A stretch of 63,993 bases of DNA, filler included, from Dimargaris cristalligena (GCA_003614675.1; 3 parts of 3 records of this genome joined end to end with filler, not necessarily neighbours in it); one strand, 5' to 3'; shown: positions 23,775-38,431, counted from the first letter of the whole stretch. Program-made: numbers and translations. The notes: generated by a model not told the origin, from the sequence alone.

Positions 23775-25875
23775 TTTGTATATCAGTGAAAAAAATGGGG
23801 AGGGATGGGGAAAATGAAAGAGGAGTTGGTCACAGCAGGGTTAGTTAGTTTATGTGGTGGGAAATAGGGACTATGAAGGGGGTATATATGGGGGAATTTT
23901 GGTGGCAAAGTGTGTAATCAATGAAATGCAGGTCGGTCAAGAGATGATATAGAAAAAGGGTATCCACTACTGCCTGTATATATATTCAGGGTGTTCAAAT
24001 TATCTAATTATGTCTACTGCTTTTCATTGAACATTTTTGATTTTCCGTTTACAGGAGTGCACATTATCATGAAGGGCAGAAAGGTGTGGGCAATCTCACT
24101 ACCCTTAGGCATTCCGCCACTATTCCATTAGTGCAAAGAGAATATAAGGGGTTGGTTGAATTCAGAAGTGAATCCAAACCCCCTTTTGATAGGTGGGTTT
24201 AATAGTTTAAACCGGATTTTCAGTCGATAATCTCACCTATATTTCGCCCATATGGCCATGTCGAGTTTGAAGAGACTACCTTTTTTATTCGTTAGAAAGA
24301 CACCTAGCTCCTTCGCAGTCAGTATGAACGCCATTTATATTACACCTATTATCTCAACTAAGTTTGGGTAAAAGGCAGAAGGGGAGTAGTGTAGAGAACA
24401 GAAAGGAAAGGGGTGCTTAAAATCAATGGGTAATAGTACGACAATATACATACCAAATACCCGGAAGCCTCCCCGCCATTGCTCCCCCACGGCCATCACC
24501 AATATCTCTCGAGGGACAATCAGTGGCGGTCGTATAGGCTCGCTCTCTCTTCTCCTCACTGTGCTCCCGCTTTCCCGCTCGTCGGTTTAATTGGCAATTT
24601 ATCTGCGGGGGCTTTGTATTGAATGGGGCCTATGATCCATTTACAATCGACCAAAAACTGAGTACATAGAAAAGTCGCAAAGATCAAAGATATACAGTCA
24701 CTGTGGTGCCTTGATCTTAAAGTAAAGAGGATTTTGCGAGAAGGGTAGTCAACTCTTGGCAACGGGTAGTGGGCTTCAGTGTAATGTCCCATTGGTGGTT
24801 TATGGAACGTTCCCCTTCAAGTTTAGTGAATCTCCCATGTAGTCACTGCCCTTTCACTCGGAAATACCCTTCACCCCCATGGGCTGTACTCACGAGTGGG
24901 TGACTCTGTTTTATCCGGATGCTGCCATTATCTGAAAGACTCTTTATTTTCGGGTAAGGATGGATTCTGACCATCTGATACTGGATCATCAATCTTGGTG
25001 GCATAGAAATGGTTTGGCCCCTACACCAACGACTTATTCGACTTTCGGGACCAAATGTAGAGCCAAATAATCAGAAATTCGGCAAAAAATATATTTTATT
25101 CACACATACGACTTCCTTTGTCTATGTTTAACCTGATATGTTCTAAACGGTACTTTTATGAGGTTTCTCCGCACCCATAATATGCATACTGCTTCAGTCA
25201 AGCTCAACTAACAGTATGTATCAGTGATTGGGAGGCGGGGCGTAGGAATGTAGGATTGCAGAAATAGAGAGCCCAACCATTACATAGCCCACTAGGTCTT
25301 GTTTTTACTTTTTTTTCTTAAATTTCCTACACACCGACACTGGCAAAATTTATACCCTCAGCTTCAGGGATATGGTACAGAATTAATGTATTCAGGTAAG
25401 GTATTTGGTCAACTTATAGATGCGCCATGTAATTTACACTGACCCCAACAAATAATTGGTCCTAATAGAAACCACTGATAAACCTGGAAGATATATGGTA
25501 TAGCCTATTCTGTGGAGCCCAGATAGAGCTTGAATTGTTTGCTCCGTATAGGCTAGATTGCTATACTGCGTCCTCTATAACTCAATACGGGCTTAGTGAG
25601 GTATTGCCAGTCTATGCAGCCAAATTATTTGAGGCTGGCTACCTAATCCAGCGGGCCCTAGCTAGTCATTATTTGGCATTGCTTAAACGCCTTGGCGGAC
25701 GTAACCCTCATCTCAAGCCGTAGCTGTGAATTAGCAGCAGCACCCATCCAAAAAGTATTAGATACTAATTATTCATTTATAATACACAGAGTCACCAATG
25801 TCAAGTAAGCCAGCTTAATAACAGTACATAGCATGATAATGAATAAAGCAAGGTGGGTAAAGACCCAGCAGTTGC

Positions 25876-26856
25876 TCATGGGTTAATAGTCCAGGTCACG
25901 GCGGCACGACCAGCCTTGACAAAAACCGGGCCAAGGGCGTTGGCCGCCGATAAGCTTAGTACGATTTCCCCAACTGGGCAACTATCACAGGTGTCTGCAA
26001 TCTTCACCTGTATGGCAGGGCTGTTTGCGAACTGGACGGTCATAAATCTTTTACAATTGGGATTGTCGTTCGGATTGGGACCGTTGCCCATCTGTCCTAC
26101 ATTCTATTGCGGTGCAGCGGTTACAATTGGCAAAGTCCAATGATGATAATAATTATAGTATATGTATATATAAGGCAAAACCAGGTTGTTCAGTTACGAT
26201 TCAACCAACATATCCCTTATATTGGCGCTTGAAGGTGGGTTCAGCGAATAAGGAGAAGGGAGGGGAGGGAGGCTATTTTCCAAAAAGCGGACAGCTGCCC
26301 CCCCCCTCCCTCCAAGAAAAAAGCAAAAATGAGTGAATTGGCGGAATGGCCGTATGACCGTATGATATAGGCAACTTACGATAGCAGCGGTAAGGGTGGC
26401 CAGTTCCTCCAGAGTACCGCACGATCCCACCGCCTTAGGGCCCGCATCCTCGTAACTAGCCCGCCCGGCGACGGCCGTACCTGGCTGGACCGGCACGGTT
26501 GGGGTCGCAGGAACGACCGGTTGCGCCGGGGCCGGAACCGCCGCCACTGCTACTGCCGGTACCACCGCGGGTGGGGCCTGGGCTTCCTTGTCCTTGTTCT
26601 TTTTCTTATCATTCTTCTTCTTATGCTCCTTCTTATCCTTTTCGGAATTGTCGGGTGTAGTAGTGGTGGTGGTGACAGTCGGGATAATAGCGGGGGCAGG
26701 GGTAACTGGCGCCGGGGCCAGCGCTGGTGCAGGTACTGGTGCCGGAGGGGCGGGTACAACGGGGGCCACTTGGCGGCGAACTAACCCGTAGTTCGGGAAA
26801 GGGTCGGCACTGGCCAACACTAAAAAGGTAATGAGGGCTAGAGTGACGAACTTCAT
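25876..26856 (-). CDS. Secreted RlpA-like double-psi beta-barrel (expansin/loosenin-like) protein
   Basis: Exons 26856-26380 and 26103-25876. Signal peptide, Pro/Ala/Val/Thr-rich linker, then GRASY...GSCG...AAINVGQMGNGPNPNDNPNC...VKIADTCDSC...LSLSA...VTW. Confidence 0.88.
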
Positions 26857-28890
26857 AGTTGAGAGTGTGAACGAAAGGGTGGGGGGAACAGGGGTTGGCG
26901 GGATAAGAAAGCAGGTAATAAGAGATGATGGCCCTTAGTATTGGTGGTGTATTCCCAAATTCAAGAATTAGGCGGCTTAGCAGTAAAGTAGGATAGATTT
27001 AACGGTACACGAAATTAAAAGATAAACTCGTAGCAGTCTAATTAATGAATAATGGGAGGGGTAAAACAGTTGAGAGCAGTAGGTGTTGTTCTTCAGATGG
27101 TGGGCAATTGCCGCCCTTTTATGTTACATTCCATTCGATGGTTTTTGCCTTTTCTTTTTGGCTGTATAGAACAAAAATAGGTGGGGGCGATATCTAAACT
27201 TCCAATGATTAGGGCAAGGCCAAACGGCCGGGAAATTCATTCACCCAAATTAACGAGAACCCGGGCCAGCCCAATACTGATAGCTGATTGAGAAAGCGGC
27301 GTTAAGTGAACCATGGGCATTATTAGCGCGCATGCTGTATAGGAATATCTAGTCGACTGGAAAGGGGGGGAGAGGAGGATGAGTACTCTATCCTTGCCCC
27401 AGCCGACTGGGTCAGTCAGTGCCCGCTAAAAATAATAGGTTGGGCGAGCTGGGACCGCCCTCATTCCCCCCCCCCCCCCCGTCACTTTTCAAAGGGAAAC
27501 TCCTTTAATGGTTGCTTGGGGATGAAGGGGGAGGTGGAAAAAATAAGGCAGGGGGGGAGTTGGCCTATATTTAAGGTTCCCCGACCAATAATCGGTCCCG
27601 GTTATTGGAACGGAACTCAGGCATGTCCGCTTTAATTGTTGGGGGAGGGTTAATTGCGAGACAGCTTAACTATAAGCCTAAGCCCTCATTTGCACGGCCC
27701 TTCGTCTTCCCTGTCACCTTTTTCACCAATGAGTAATTTCAAGGAATGCCCCATTATCAGTTCATACAAATAAAATAGAAATATCTACCCAGCTAAACAT
27801 TTGATTATAGTCAGAGTTGTATAGGTCGGAAGCGCCCAGTGACGAGGAAAAGGGCATATAATTTGCCAAAATATGGCCTAAATTACAGACTAGAATTCAA
27901 TTGAGAACTTCAGTCATTGTGGTTATTTCCCTTGGCTTATTTTTCCACCCATGGCAATACACTGCTTTTTGATATCAACTTGGCCATACCACCCACAAAC
28001 AGACAATTAGTACATGAATAATAATTATAATTTCTAGTATGAGTCCCTTTTCTTCATTAATTGGTGAGATTGGCACTATTCTAGACAGAGAGGTATAGTA
28101 AAGTAAGTAAATAAATTATACCCTTTCTTTTCGGCCATTGGCGCTATAGGTTAGACAAGGTCAAGTTAGACAGCTTGCACTCATCAAACCTACGAACAGC
28201 CAGCGAATAAATGCCCCGAGTGGTTGGCGGGCGTGGAATCCGACCCCGAACTATTGGATAAGACCGCAGTTGCCTCTATTAATTGAATGTGCTTTTATTT
28301 TTTTGGCTACCAGTAATTGGGAAGAATGTGTTAAAAAAATCTCGCATTAGGCCCAGGCGGGAACAGTTACGGCGAATGCACTATAGGTACGCCCAGTATA
28401 TTGGTGGTGGTAATGGACAATAATCGCCCCGAACCCAGTCCTCAACTTGTTCAGCCGTTATCCTATAGCTGCAATTGCATAGTTTCGCCAACCCATTATT
28501 TACGCGAGCTATTTTGTATAATTGGTGAAAAGTGTGTATTAATAGGATGGTCACAGGGATAGATTAAATTATGCTGCGAAATTAGCTTGCTGGAAGGATG
28601 GATGCAACGAAGCCGATAATGAGCCGTGAGAGCGGTTAATTAAAGGAGGGATGCAGTAAAACCCAAAGGATACCATTTATCATGCGCAGTCACGCCGAAC
28701 AAACCTATGTAGGTAGGTTGGTATATACTTATCAGCCAGGCCACCGAACGGCAATCATTCTGACTATACATTAACGAACAATGTAGCACGGCTCGAACTG
28801 GCAGTTTCAGTTCTATGTACGCTACTCCCAAATCTCCTCCCCCGGAATATTTATAAAAAACATGTTATGTATCTGTGATATACATGTATT

Positions 28891-31800
28891 TTAGGGTGAA
28901 TCGGCCGCGTGATTAAGTTCAAGGAGTGACTGGCGCCAGGAGTTAAGCATCAGGGAATGATGGTTAATTTGGTCCCGGGCGTATTTTGAGTACAGCCACG
29001 TCATAAAACTTCGACTGTCGTGGTAGAGACAGTACTCGGCCCACACACAGCTTTCGATGACTTTGGACTGGGTTGTTAGGTGACGAAGAAGGGCTTCATC
29101 CGACGATAGGGAAGCATTAAGGTGGGTTTGTTCGGGGTCGTTGGGACCTGCCTCAGCGGCACCCCCCTTTTTGAGCTTGGCGAGTTTCTCATTACTCACA
29201 CGAAGTCGCTGAGCTACTTTCTCGATTTGGGGAGTGAAGCTGTGGACATTTCGGCGATTAAGAACCTCCTAAAGAAAATATAAATAGGACCCATATGTAT
29301 TCGTTGAGTTAAATGACGATGTTTAGAATTCACATTCAAGTCCATTAAAGCAACTCCCTTACCAGATAAGGGTCCGAAATGTAAATATAAAGGCATTTAG
29401 CATCAATATAGTAATGTATATTTCCCACTTACTCGAAGCGCAAAGGAAATATCGAGATAACGTTTGAGATAATCTTGGAATGCACAGAAATTGATCTTGG
29501 CCTAATATCGAGACATACCGAGTAGATTTCGCATTAAAATAGCATCACCTATTAAATATAAATCTGGGAGGAAAACATCCGTATCGGGAGGATTGGGGGT
29601 TATCCGACAGTCATATGGGAGTGGGCACAATACAACTAAGTCGATATTAACACTTAGCTAGGGACTTACATGATTCTCTAGACTAGTGCAAGTGTTGCGG
29701 AACTGGGTCTGGACAGAGTGGCTTTGCTGGATTTGATTTGAGCAGGTTTGGCATGATGGTCTACCACAAACGGGTTCCTCTTCCGACCTGTTGAATCGCA
29801 CGATTGACAATTATAACGAGTTGAATACATATACCAGATAACCGTTAGGGATTCCTTCAGCTTCAACAAAAGCCAAGACGGGCTTAATGAAGATGGCTGG
29901 TTAATATGGCAATGGCTTAAATATAAACTTACCGGAAAAACGAGCTATACCGGTTGATTTCTTTGGCTAGAACTAATATATATAAGACATTAAGAGCGCC
30001 CATTCAGAGATGGTTAGTGGGGGAGTATAGCATAATAATAAATCAAATTCGTTTCAAATAAATGCACTCAAATTTGGTCACAGTTCAAAAATCGCTAGGT
30101 AGATAGGTATTATTCGAGTACCCCACCTTTCTGGTTATGGATCAGCATGTCCATTGACATGATCTGGTTAGTCAATCTGGCAATCTCCTGTTCCAATTCG
30201 CCTTGGGCTCGCGTAAGAATATCGTTAAAATTGCTCGGTATGGACATCATTAACTTCGGTAAGTCGATTTTGGACCCATGGTGTTCTGGGTCGAGGATAA
30301 CCCTGTTTTTCCGACGATAAGAACTCATGGTCTATAAACATACGATAAATGGTTTTAAAAAAAGGGGGGTAATCGTTTTAGGATTAAAACGATGTCTATA
30401 ACCAGATGGATTCATTAATGTGCTAGAATAAACATGGCCAGGCACAAAGGCCTACGAAAAAAAAAAGGTAACCTACCTCTTCAAATGTAAGAAAATCGGT
30501 CAATAACTGGTCCCGGCTAAGCACCGGATGCCGAACCAGGAAACAAATAAATCGACTTAGCCCCCGCCGTCGCTTCTCGAGGAATTTATCGTCGCTGCCT
30601 ATGTATAATTATATAGAAATAGAAGATTATTCATAATTGCCGCCGTTAATGTTGGCCAGAAATACATCCAATAAGTACAATGGGTGGGATATCGGCTTCT
30701 TACAAGAGTAAATATATTTCAAGCCAGGTAATTCCAATAATGAAAGCTAAGTGATGTTTAGAATCAATTGACTTACTAGCAAGGCTCTTGGGTGGTAGGG
30801 TCGGCAGCATGCGATACGGGTATTTCTTGTGAAACACTTCGAGTAACCACCAAAAGTCGCTGAAACGTCTCAAAACATTGGTCTTTCGAGCCTAGTGTCG
30901 GGCCAATAGAGCAAAAATGTGTAAGCAGACGGGTTAGTATAGTCATTCTCAAGCAGCCAATGGCGTCATGAACAAGAAATAATAGATCAATAAAACTAGG
31001 GGGGAAAGCCTTACCTCCCACGACAGAATATAATTCACGTATTTAAACAATGACCCGCCCTTTTCTTCATTGACGCTGACTTGCACCGGATTCAGTTCTA
31101 GCCGACTGAACTGGGCCGATATCTGGGACATTGCGCCGCCCCCAACATCTTCCTCCTCCGTCGATGAGAGGGCGGCGCGCAGTCCATTGCGATCCGCTCC
31201 CGGCGCACCATCGGCCGAGGGGGTTTCGCCCGTCCAGCTAGCCGGCATATTGGATGGCTGTCCCCCGGGATTCGAGAAAATCGGGTTACGTGATTTGACG
31301 GCCGAGAGATGGGACGACGAATTCACTTTGCGGATGGTGAGAAAGGAAGAGCTTGATTTACGGGACAGGGAAAAGACCCGGGGGGGCTGGGATTGCGGAG
31401 CAGTATTAGTCGAAGAGGTCGCGGCGGCTTTCCAGGGGTCGTTGACAATGAGGGTGTCCGCATTGAAGCGGGATACAAGAGAGGGGTAGGAGGGACTGTC
31501 CCGTGGGGACGATTCGATAGTCCCACCACTACGGGGGGCAGTAACCGCAGCAGGAGGTGGTGGTGGTTCTAGTACCGGTTCCGTCGAGGCCATGGTAGAC
31601 AGATTGTCCTGGGAGGCGGTACCCCGACCACGGTACCAATCGCCGAATCGCGACAGACGCGTTCGGGGCTTGGCCAATAGCGGCCGACTAGCGGAGCGGG
31701 AAACTACGGAGCGCACAATGAAGGTTTCAATCTCCGGTAGGTTAGGCTTGGGCAGGTCATGTCGGTGGGCCACCAGGTTATCCGTGGTTAAAGCCATGTT

Positions 31801-33105
31801 TTTCTGGGCCATTGCGGCCAGGGCTAAAACGATGTTGAACTCGTAACGATTAATGGTCTCGGCATCAGTCGATTGAGCGTTTGGGTGGGTTGCCGATTCC
31901 CCAAGGCGAATCTGCTGGACAATCCGAAAAATACGACTGAGGTGGCTTTCGGCCAGACTACTGAGAGTCAGTACTTGACGAACGTTGGTTAGGGCAACCC
32001 GGCCGTTTTGGGGTAGAGCAGTGTTAAACGCAATGTCGTACACGGAGGATACATCATTATCGCCTACATTCAGGAAGTTGGGAAGATACATATAGTTGCA
32101 GGTACAACAGATGGAAACACAGAATGAATAGGGTGTACCGAATGAAATGGATAGCCATGCTATAAGAGAGAGAGAGAGAGAGAGTGTGTGTGTGTGTGTG
32201 TCCCTAAAATGAAATACAGGGTAAGGATGCCGGGGGAGGAAAACCACGTATTACATTAACCTCACCCCCCCCCCCCTTTGATTTAACCCGTTTAGCTTAA
32301 CAAATCAGCTGGGATTGCGACAAAGTTAGGTAATTCGAAGCCCATTGGTGCAACCAATTGGCGGGGTTCTTCACCTAATTAAATATATATATAAAATAGA
32401 GCCGCGGTTATGGATTGGAAGAAAGAAAAAGGACTTACCCAATTGCAGGCCTTTCCAGAACTCCGCGGCCGGATCCAGATCCGCCGAAGCACCCTGCTTA
32501 ATTGATGGGGTACTGGAACTGGTCGTAGGAAACACGGGACTCCAGGGATCCATCAGCGCCCCCCAATCCAGCTGGGCGGATAGGGTCGGCGATAGCGTTA
32601 AGCCAACGGCCGAGTCGTTGGACCGACCGGGCAATAAGGCGTGTACGGAAAAGGCCGAGTCGGGGGAAGCCACCCGCACAATAGACCGGGGGAGGCTGGC
32701 AGCCGGAGGGTTAGGCGAAGCAGGAAAAGAAGGAGGAGAAGAAGAATAAGAATAAGAGACGGGGTAAAGTTGGGCTGCTAGTGGTACCGGCGGGGGAGAC
32801 GGACTATCGTCACGGGCAAACGGGTTAAGATTCAGAAAGGATTCCGTATGGGGTAACCCCGGGGAACGGTCAAAGGCGCTACCGGGTAATGTGGCGGTGG
32901 TGGACGCGGAGGCCACCGGGGTAAGTTCAGGCAAAGCGGCAGCGAATAAGGCGGGGCCGAGCGGGGCACCCTCGGAAGGCAGAAACCGCCGATTGTCGGC
33001 TTGTTCATTGGAGCTGAAGGATGTGGCGGTGATGGGTAGGTCGAACGGGCGGGTTTCTTCGAACAAGGCAGCCACTCCGCCAAAGTCATCGACAGCGGAA
33101 TTCAT
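28891..33105 (-). CDS. MVP1: Sorting nexin MVP1/SNX8 (EH-like region, PX and BAR domains)
   Basis: About nine exons (33105-32439, 32063-31015, 30891-30777, 30598-30477, 30331 to about 30127, then short exons down to 28891). PX motifs EKGGSLFKYVNY, RRFSDFWWL...KYPYRMLPTLPPK, FLEKRRRGLSRF...RHPVL; N-terminal EFNIVLALAAMAQ. Confidence 0.9.
32165..32201. repeat. Compound (AG)n(TG)n microsatellite in MVP1 intron 1
   Basis: Directly visible dinucleotide runs. Confidence 0.9.
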
Positions 33106-34344
33106 GGTTATATTTTATTTTCGGAAGAACACGGCGGTTAGGTTTACAAACGGAAAGGGGAGAACAAATGAAACAAAAGGTACGTCAGATATCAGTTGGT
33201 CGCGATACAATATATATGTATATTACTCTCTAGCTAATGGTAGTAGTAGCGCGCATATAAGGAACATGAAATACGCCCGGGGGGGTTCGTGGGCCAAGAA
33301 ATGGGGAAAGGGAAGTCGGGCAACACCGAGGCAACTGGTCAACTATTCAGGAAAGGCCGCTGTACTAGAGTAGTAAGGAGAAGTGAGGCTGAACCGGTCG
33401 CAAAATAAGAAGGCTCTTCTGCCCAAGCAGAAATATAAAATGGAAGGCCAGGTGCCCAAATAGAGAGGTCAAGTGAGTGGCAGACGAAGCTCGTCCTTGG
33501 GTAAAGCCCGGCGGGGGAGGTCTCTCTCTCTCTCGTATATCCCTCAGCCCAGAGGGAAATGGGTTAGAGAGATGCTTAGGGGGGCTGGAAACTCTGTCTT
33601 CTGGTTTCTAATGAGTTTGGTCATGATGTACTCTCCCCCTGCTGTGGGCCAAGTTGAGGAAACTAGGGGGGGAAAGACCTGCATTTTACACTGCTGGTGG
33701 TGCGTAAGAGTCCCCCTCCCCCCGCTACACAAAATTGGTAAAGATGACTTATCGACCCCTCTTGCCCATACATATTGGGTAATGAGCAGGTGTCTTCTTC
33801 AGGACGAGAAGTCTGATGATCTTGCATACTCCACAGAATATAGAGATGACCGCCAGTTGAAAAATCCAATCGACATCGGCTGACTGGATCCATAGGCCGG
33901 CGGTGCGGTAGAAACCATCCTGGGTGGAGGATGGTCAAGCAATACATAGATATTTTTTTTAATATAAAAAAGTATATATAAAAATTATCAAGTCGGGATT
34001 TGGAAGTGGAGGGAAAAATATATATAGGATCCCACCAACACAATTAATTTGTAGTGGAAGGATGCGTGTTTATTTAGAGGTTTGATATTCGGTGGTGATA
34101 CTAGCATTGGATGACAGAACCCACCGGTTCCGCATTCATGACTGAGTCGCCGACCGTTTACCTCTTGCAGCCGGCAACAGCAACTCCTGCAGCCGGGCAT
34201 AACAGAATAGCCCGTATGGAAAGAAGGGAGGCGATAGGCCCAGTAGGGCTAGTCTAATGGCCCATTGGAACCAACTTTGGCAGGCTTGGCAAATTCGGGT
34301 TAAAATATTGGGGAGGCCATTGAAGAAGTTACGTGGTCATGTAT

Positions 34345-36470
34345 TTAGGCCTCTTGTAGCTCTGCTTCCCAGTCCTGCAGAAACTGTTCAAATTGCTCCG
34401 GAAGCATATAATCGTCCCCTCCGATTTCCCGAGCCCGGTTGAAAGCCGCTACGGCCTGTTCGTAGTACTGGGACTGAGTGAGTCCCGCTAGACTTGGCTC
34501 ATCAGAAGATTCGTTGTCATCGTCGTCGTCATCAGCATCAGCATCGGCAGCGCTAATTTCGACGCAATTCCCCAAATTGATCAAAACTTCACCCAACTAA
34601 TGAAGATTCGATACGCCCCAGGGATAGTCAATAAATATAAATAAAGGCAAGACGGGATGAACATAGTCTGATTAATCAACTAGTTATGTAGAAAGGGTGG
34701 TCCCGGAGAATAGAGAACTCGGGCATGAAACTGCCAAAAACATTATATACGTAAACTATATATCAGGCATAGCAGATAACTTACAGTCAACAAAAGTAAA
34801 ACTAGCTCGGGATCGGTTTCTTCAAAGAGATCGCGCGCCTTCACCAGTCCCTCGTGGCCTAAATCGGCATGCGTACAAATATGCAAGTAATTTTGGATTA
34901 GCGGAATTATTCATACCGACTGCGTTGGGGAAATAATATAACATAAAGAGGCTATAGTTCAGATTAGGTAAATGGAGAGATAGCGCTTACTTTTAAGTAG
35001 ATACGGCAGGGCATTCTGCATAATTTCGACATGGCGTTCGTTCTCGGTGTCGCTATCTTCGCCATTATCGCTCTCGGCATCGCTGTCATTGCCGCGGTCT
35101 TGGTCAAGGTAGAACTTAGATATTGACCAGTGGCAAAAACCAAGACTATTCCAGAGTTTGGGGTTTTGGTCGTTTGCTAAACAAAGCCAAAGGCGAGTAG
35201 CGCAGGCCCATTCCATGAATTACACAAAATAAAAGATTGAACATAGGTTTACCCAGTCGGCGGGTTAGGGTTAAAGTATACGATGATCAACCGACTTTGG
35301 GCATGGAATGTCGCTAGAGCTTAGTCTAATTCTTTACATCGCTAAGCCAGATAGGTATATTTGATCTAACAACCCAACCCGCAGAAACAAGCCCTCGTCC
35401 CAATAGAGGGAGGGGGGAGGCGGCACCTACCTTGGATAGACGCTTCTAGCTCGGCGATCATTTTATTATTCAGCGACTCGACCTCCTCCCATTCGGTCAA
35501 TACATCCACGTAGGACTGCAGAAGGCTGGCCTCTTGGATCAGGAGGGGTTCGGCCAGGAAAGCCCCGGCGGGGTCCTGGCGGGAGTGTTGTATCACGGCC
35601 GCGAACAAACGGGTGGCGGACCCGATCAGTTTGCCCCGCGAGTCCCGACTAGCGGGCTCGTCTTCGGTCGCCATCGCCCGGGCCTGGCCGAGCTGGGCCT
35701 TGGCCTGGGCTAACCGGAGGCGATCTTGGATGCTGGGGAGCTGGAGCCGGTCCCCGGTAGGATCACCCGTGGTGGGTGAGACCAGGGTAGTAGTGGGAGT
35801 AGTATTCAGACGTTCAAGGCCTCGCTCAAAGTGGGACTCGGCCATCTGTAGAAAACCCAGGGCCTCCTCCCCTTCATTCAGTTCACTCAGGCAGAACAGG
35901 GCCATGCCGTAGATCCAATAGAAATGGGGCGGTAAGGGGTCATTGTCCTGGTCGTGACGGCGTAAAAGGCGGTCGCTTTCGTGTACAACCCCGCGTAGGA
36001 GCGTCACTGCCCGATCGCCGTCCGATTCTAGAAATTGTAGAGCAATCCCAGAGTTAATAAAGAAAAGGGGGGGTAAAGAACGGGTAGAACTAGGTTAATA
36101 AAGGGTGGCGGACACTGCGGAGTATGCGCATATATATATATATATATATATATATTGTCAAGTCGTAGCCGTAACCGTGGCCACCACTGGCATGCGGTTG
36201 GTATGAGCATATACATATATATATTCAGAAGAGGGATATCTTACTGAGAGTATCAAAGGCCGTGTCGTAGAGTTCTTTCAATTCGTCCAATTCGTCGGAA
36301 CCCTCGGTGAGCTGCAGAGGCACGGACAGTTCGTCCTGGGCGGCCATATCCGAGTCGGGCGTGGTCCGACTGGCTTTTCCGGCACTTGGTCCGTCAGCGG
36401 TGGGAACGGTGTCTTCCCCGGCCAAGGCACGCTTCAAACCTCCGGGACGGCGTTTAGCGGGATTCGTCAT
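34345..36470 (-). CDS. ETT1: Ett1/Nro1-like protein (enhancer of translation termination, Ofd1 regulator)
   Basis: Five exons (36470-36245, 36027-35431, 35176-34991, about 34858-34785, 34596-34345). N-terminal AKRRPGGL, ELDELKELY, LLRGVVHESDRLLR, LPPHFYWIYGMAL, LGEVLINLGN. Confidence 0.8.
36130..36154. repeat. (AT)n microsatellite in ETT1 intron 1
   Basis: Directly visible. Similar AT runs occur at about 14216-14233, 38640-38657, 51270-51291 and 55528-55561. Confidence 0.9.
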
Positions 36471-38431
36471 GGCAATCGGACAAGGCAGACAACGCAGACA
36501 AAAATAAAAAGGGGAGTGGAGGAAGTATATCGGACTGGAGGCAATGGTCAGGCGCTTAGAGGGTCGGGACGGATGCAGAGCGAGGTGGAGTGCCAATGGG
36601 TGTTGAATGAAAGGGGTGCGGCCGAAGGAGAGGGAAAAGGGTCAGACTAGGACTTTCCAAGGCTCGGAAATTTGGTGCAACTTTGGAGTGAAAAAAAATA
36701 TATAGATAGATAGATAATATGAATCACCCATGATATGCGCATATACCTTGTTGCCCTATTATGGGCAATATCCCGTTGTAGCTGCGCCATGCTTGTTATG
36801 GGAAAGAGGGTTTCGTGGGACGGAAAACCGGGCAGAATGGGACAAAATGAGAAGGGCAGCTATTAAATTAATACTAGTGGAGAAAAATAACGTGCCAAGT
36901 AGAGTAGTGAGTGGTGCGGGATAATAATATATAAAGGGTGCGCCTTTTTGGACCAATCCAAACGATGGGGTGTTTAAACCACGTCCCTACAGCGTGCGCC
37001 ATTCAGGTTATTTGTTTTCGGAGACTATAAATAACCCACATTTGAATATATTGGGAATATGTGCCACTGCATTTCGAAGCTGTATTGATGAAAATGACGA
37101 AATGCCGACGGAGTTGGGATGGTCTAGTCCACCGCTTGGGCTTAGCGGCAGTTCCGGAGTCCTTTAAGGACCACGAAGTCCAAACTGGTCAGAAGTATGT
37201 TGGTATTATTCACCGAATTCCACCCAGCTATGAGGGGGAGGCATGGCAGGTGGTTTTGAAACTCGACTTGATCAGCGCGCCTGCACAAGGATCGTCACAA
37301 AGGTCACAGTGGAGGGGGAATTATACGGTTCCGACACCCCCCAAACCTTTGGTATACCCTGGGTCCCTCCAAGAGACATGCCCAAACCACCCAGTTGCTG
37401 TAATTTCGCCGTTACCCCAGGCGGCCGTGGGGGCATGAATGAGCGCAAAAAGGATGAGGTGATTGTTATCGCGCTAGCCTCTCTCGTACGCACACATGCC
37501 TTCGTTTATAGGGGGGGTGCGAGGGATGTGTGATGCTGGGCGATAATGCGGACGAATGGGATGGGGTGGGGGTGCCTATTTTTGGAGAGGGCGTGGGCTT
37601 CAACGTGGATAACAATAGAACACTGGCCTATTTTTATCATGCTTAGACCCTCTCTTCTCCCCCCTATGATGGTGGGCGCGTGGTTTTTTACAAGCCAGAG
37701 AGGGAAGGCTATTTACGGACACGCCCTACCACAGTATGCTGCACCATACTTTAGAGGCTATCGGTTGGGCCCGGCGCCTTGGGTTCGTTACGTAGTGCCG
37801 TGACGACTATTGTTCGAACGAGCGACGGGGAAAGGAGTGGAGAAAAGAGGGAGCAAGAAAGTGAGTGAAAGAGAGTATGTGTATGTTTGTGTGGGAGTGG
37901 GTATGGTGGATATATGTGTCTGTAAGTGAGGGGGGGAGTGGCCACCCACTCTCGTCGCTGGTCTTTCATTATTTCCAAAGGGAGAATATACTTTGTTCTG
38001 TTCAACATTGCCATGGTCGCCTCTTCCTTTCCTTTCCTCGACTTTACTTGACTTGACTTGTCCTAGTCTGCTGCCACTCCATCTGCCCGTTTTCGCCTGT
38101 GAAGGACTGTGGCGTGTACTTTGACGACTCGCATGCGACCCGCGGAGTTGTCTTCTTCCTTTCCTTTCCGCATTCCTTTGCTTCGTTCTTTGTATATGCG
38201 CCTGGGTGGTTCCCCCAACGACTCAGCTCAAGCCACTTCTCCCCTTCTTCCTCTCTCTCTCCCTCCCTTTCTCTTTTCCTCTCCTCCCAACTAACCCCTA
38301 TATATTCCATTCTTCTCATCCGATCCCACTGGCCCATCTCCCAGTCCTACCCCTTTATCGCTTTCCAAACCCTCTGCAATTCCCTGCCGCCGTGTTGATC
38401 TCCCGAACCCTATTGGGCCCATCTTGGACCC

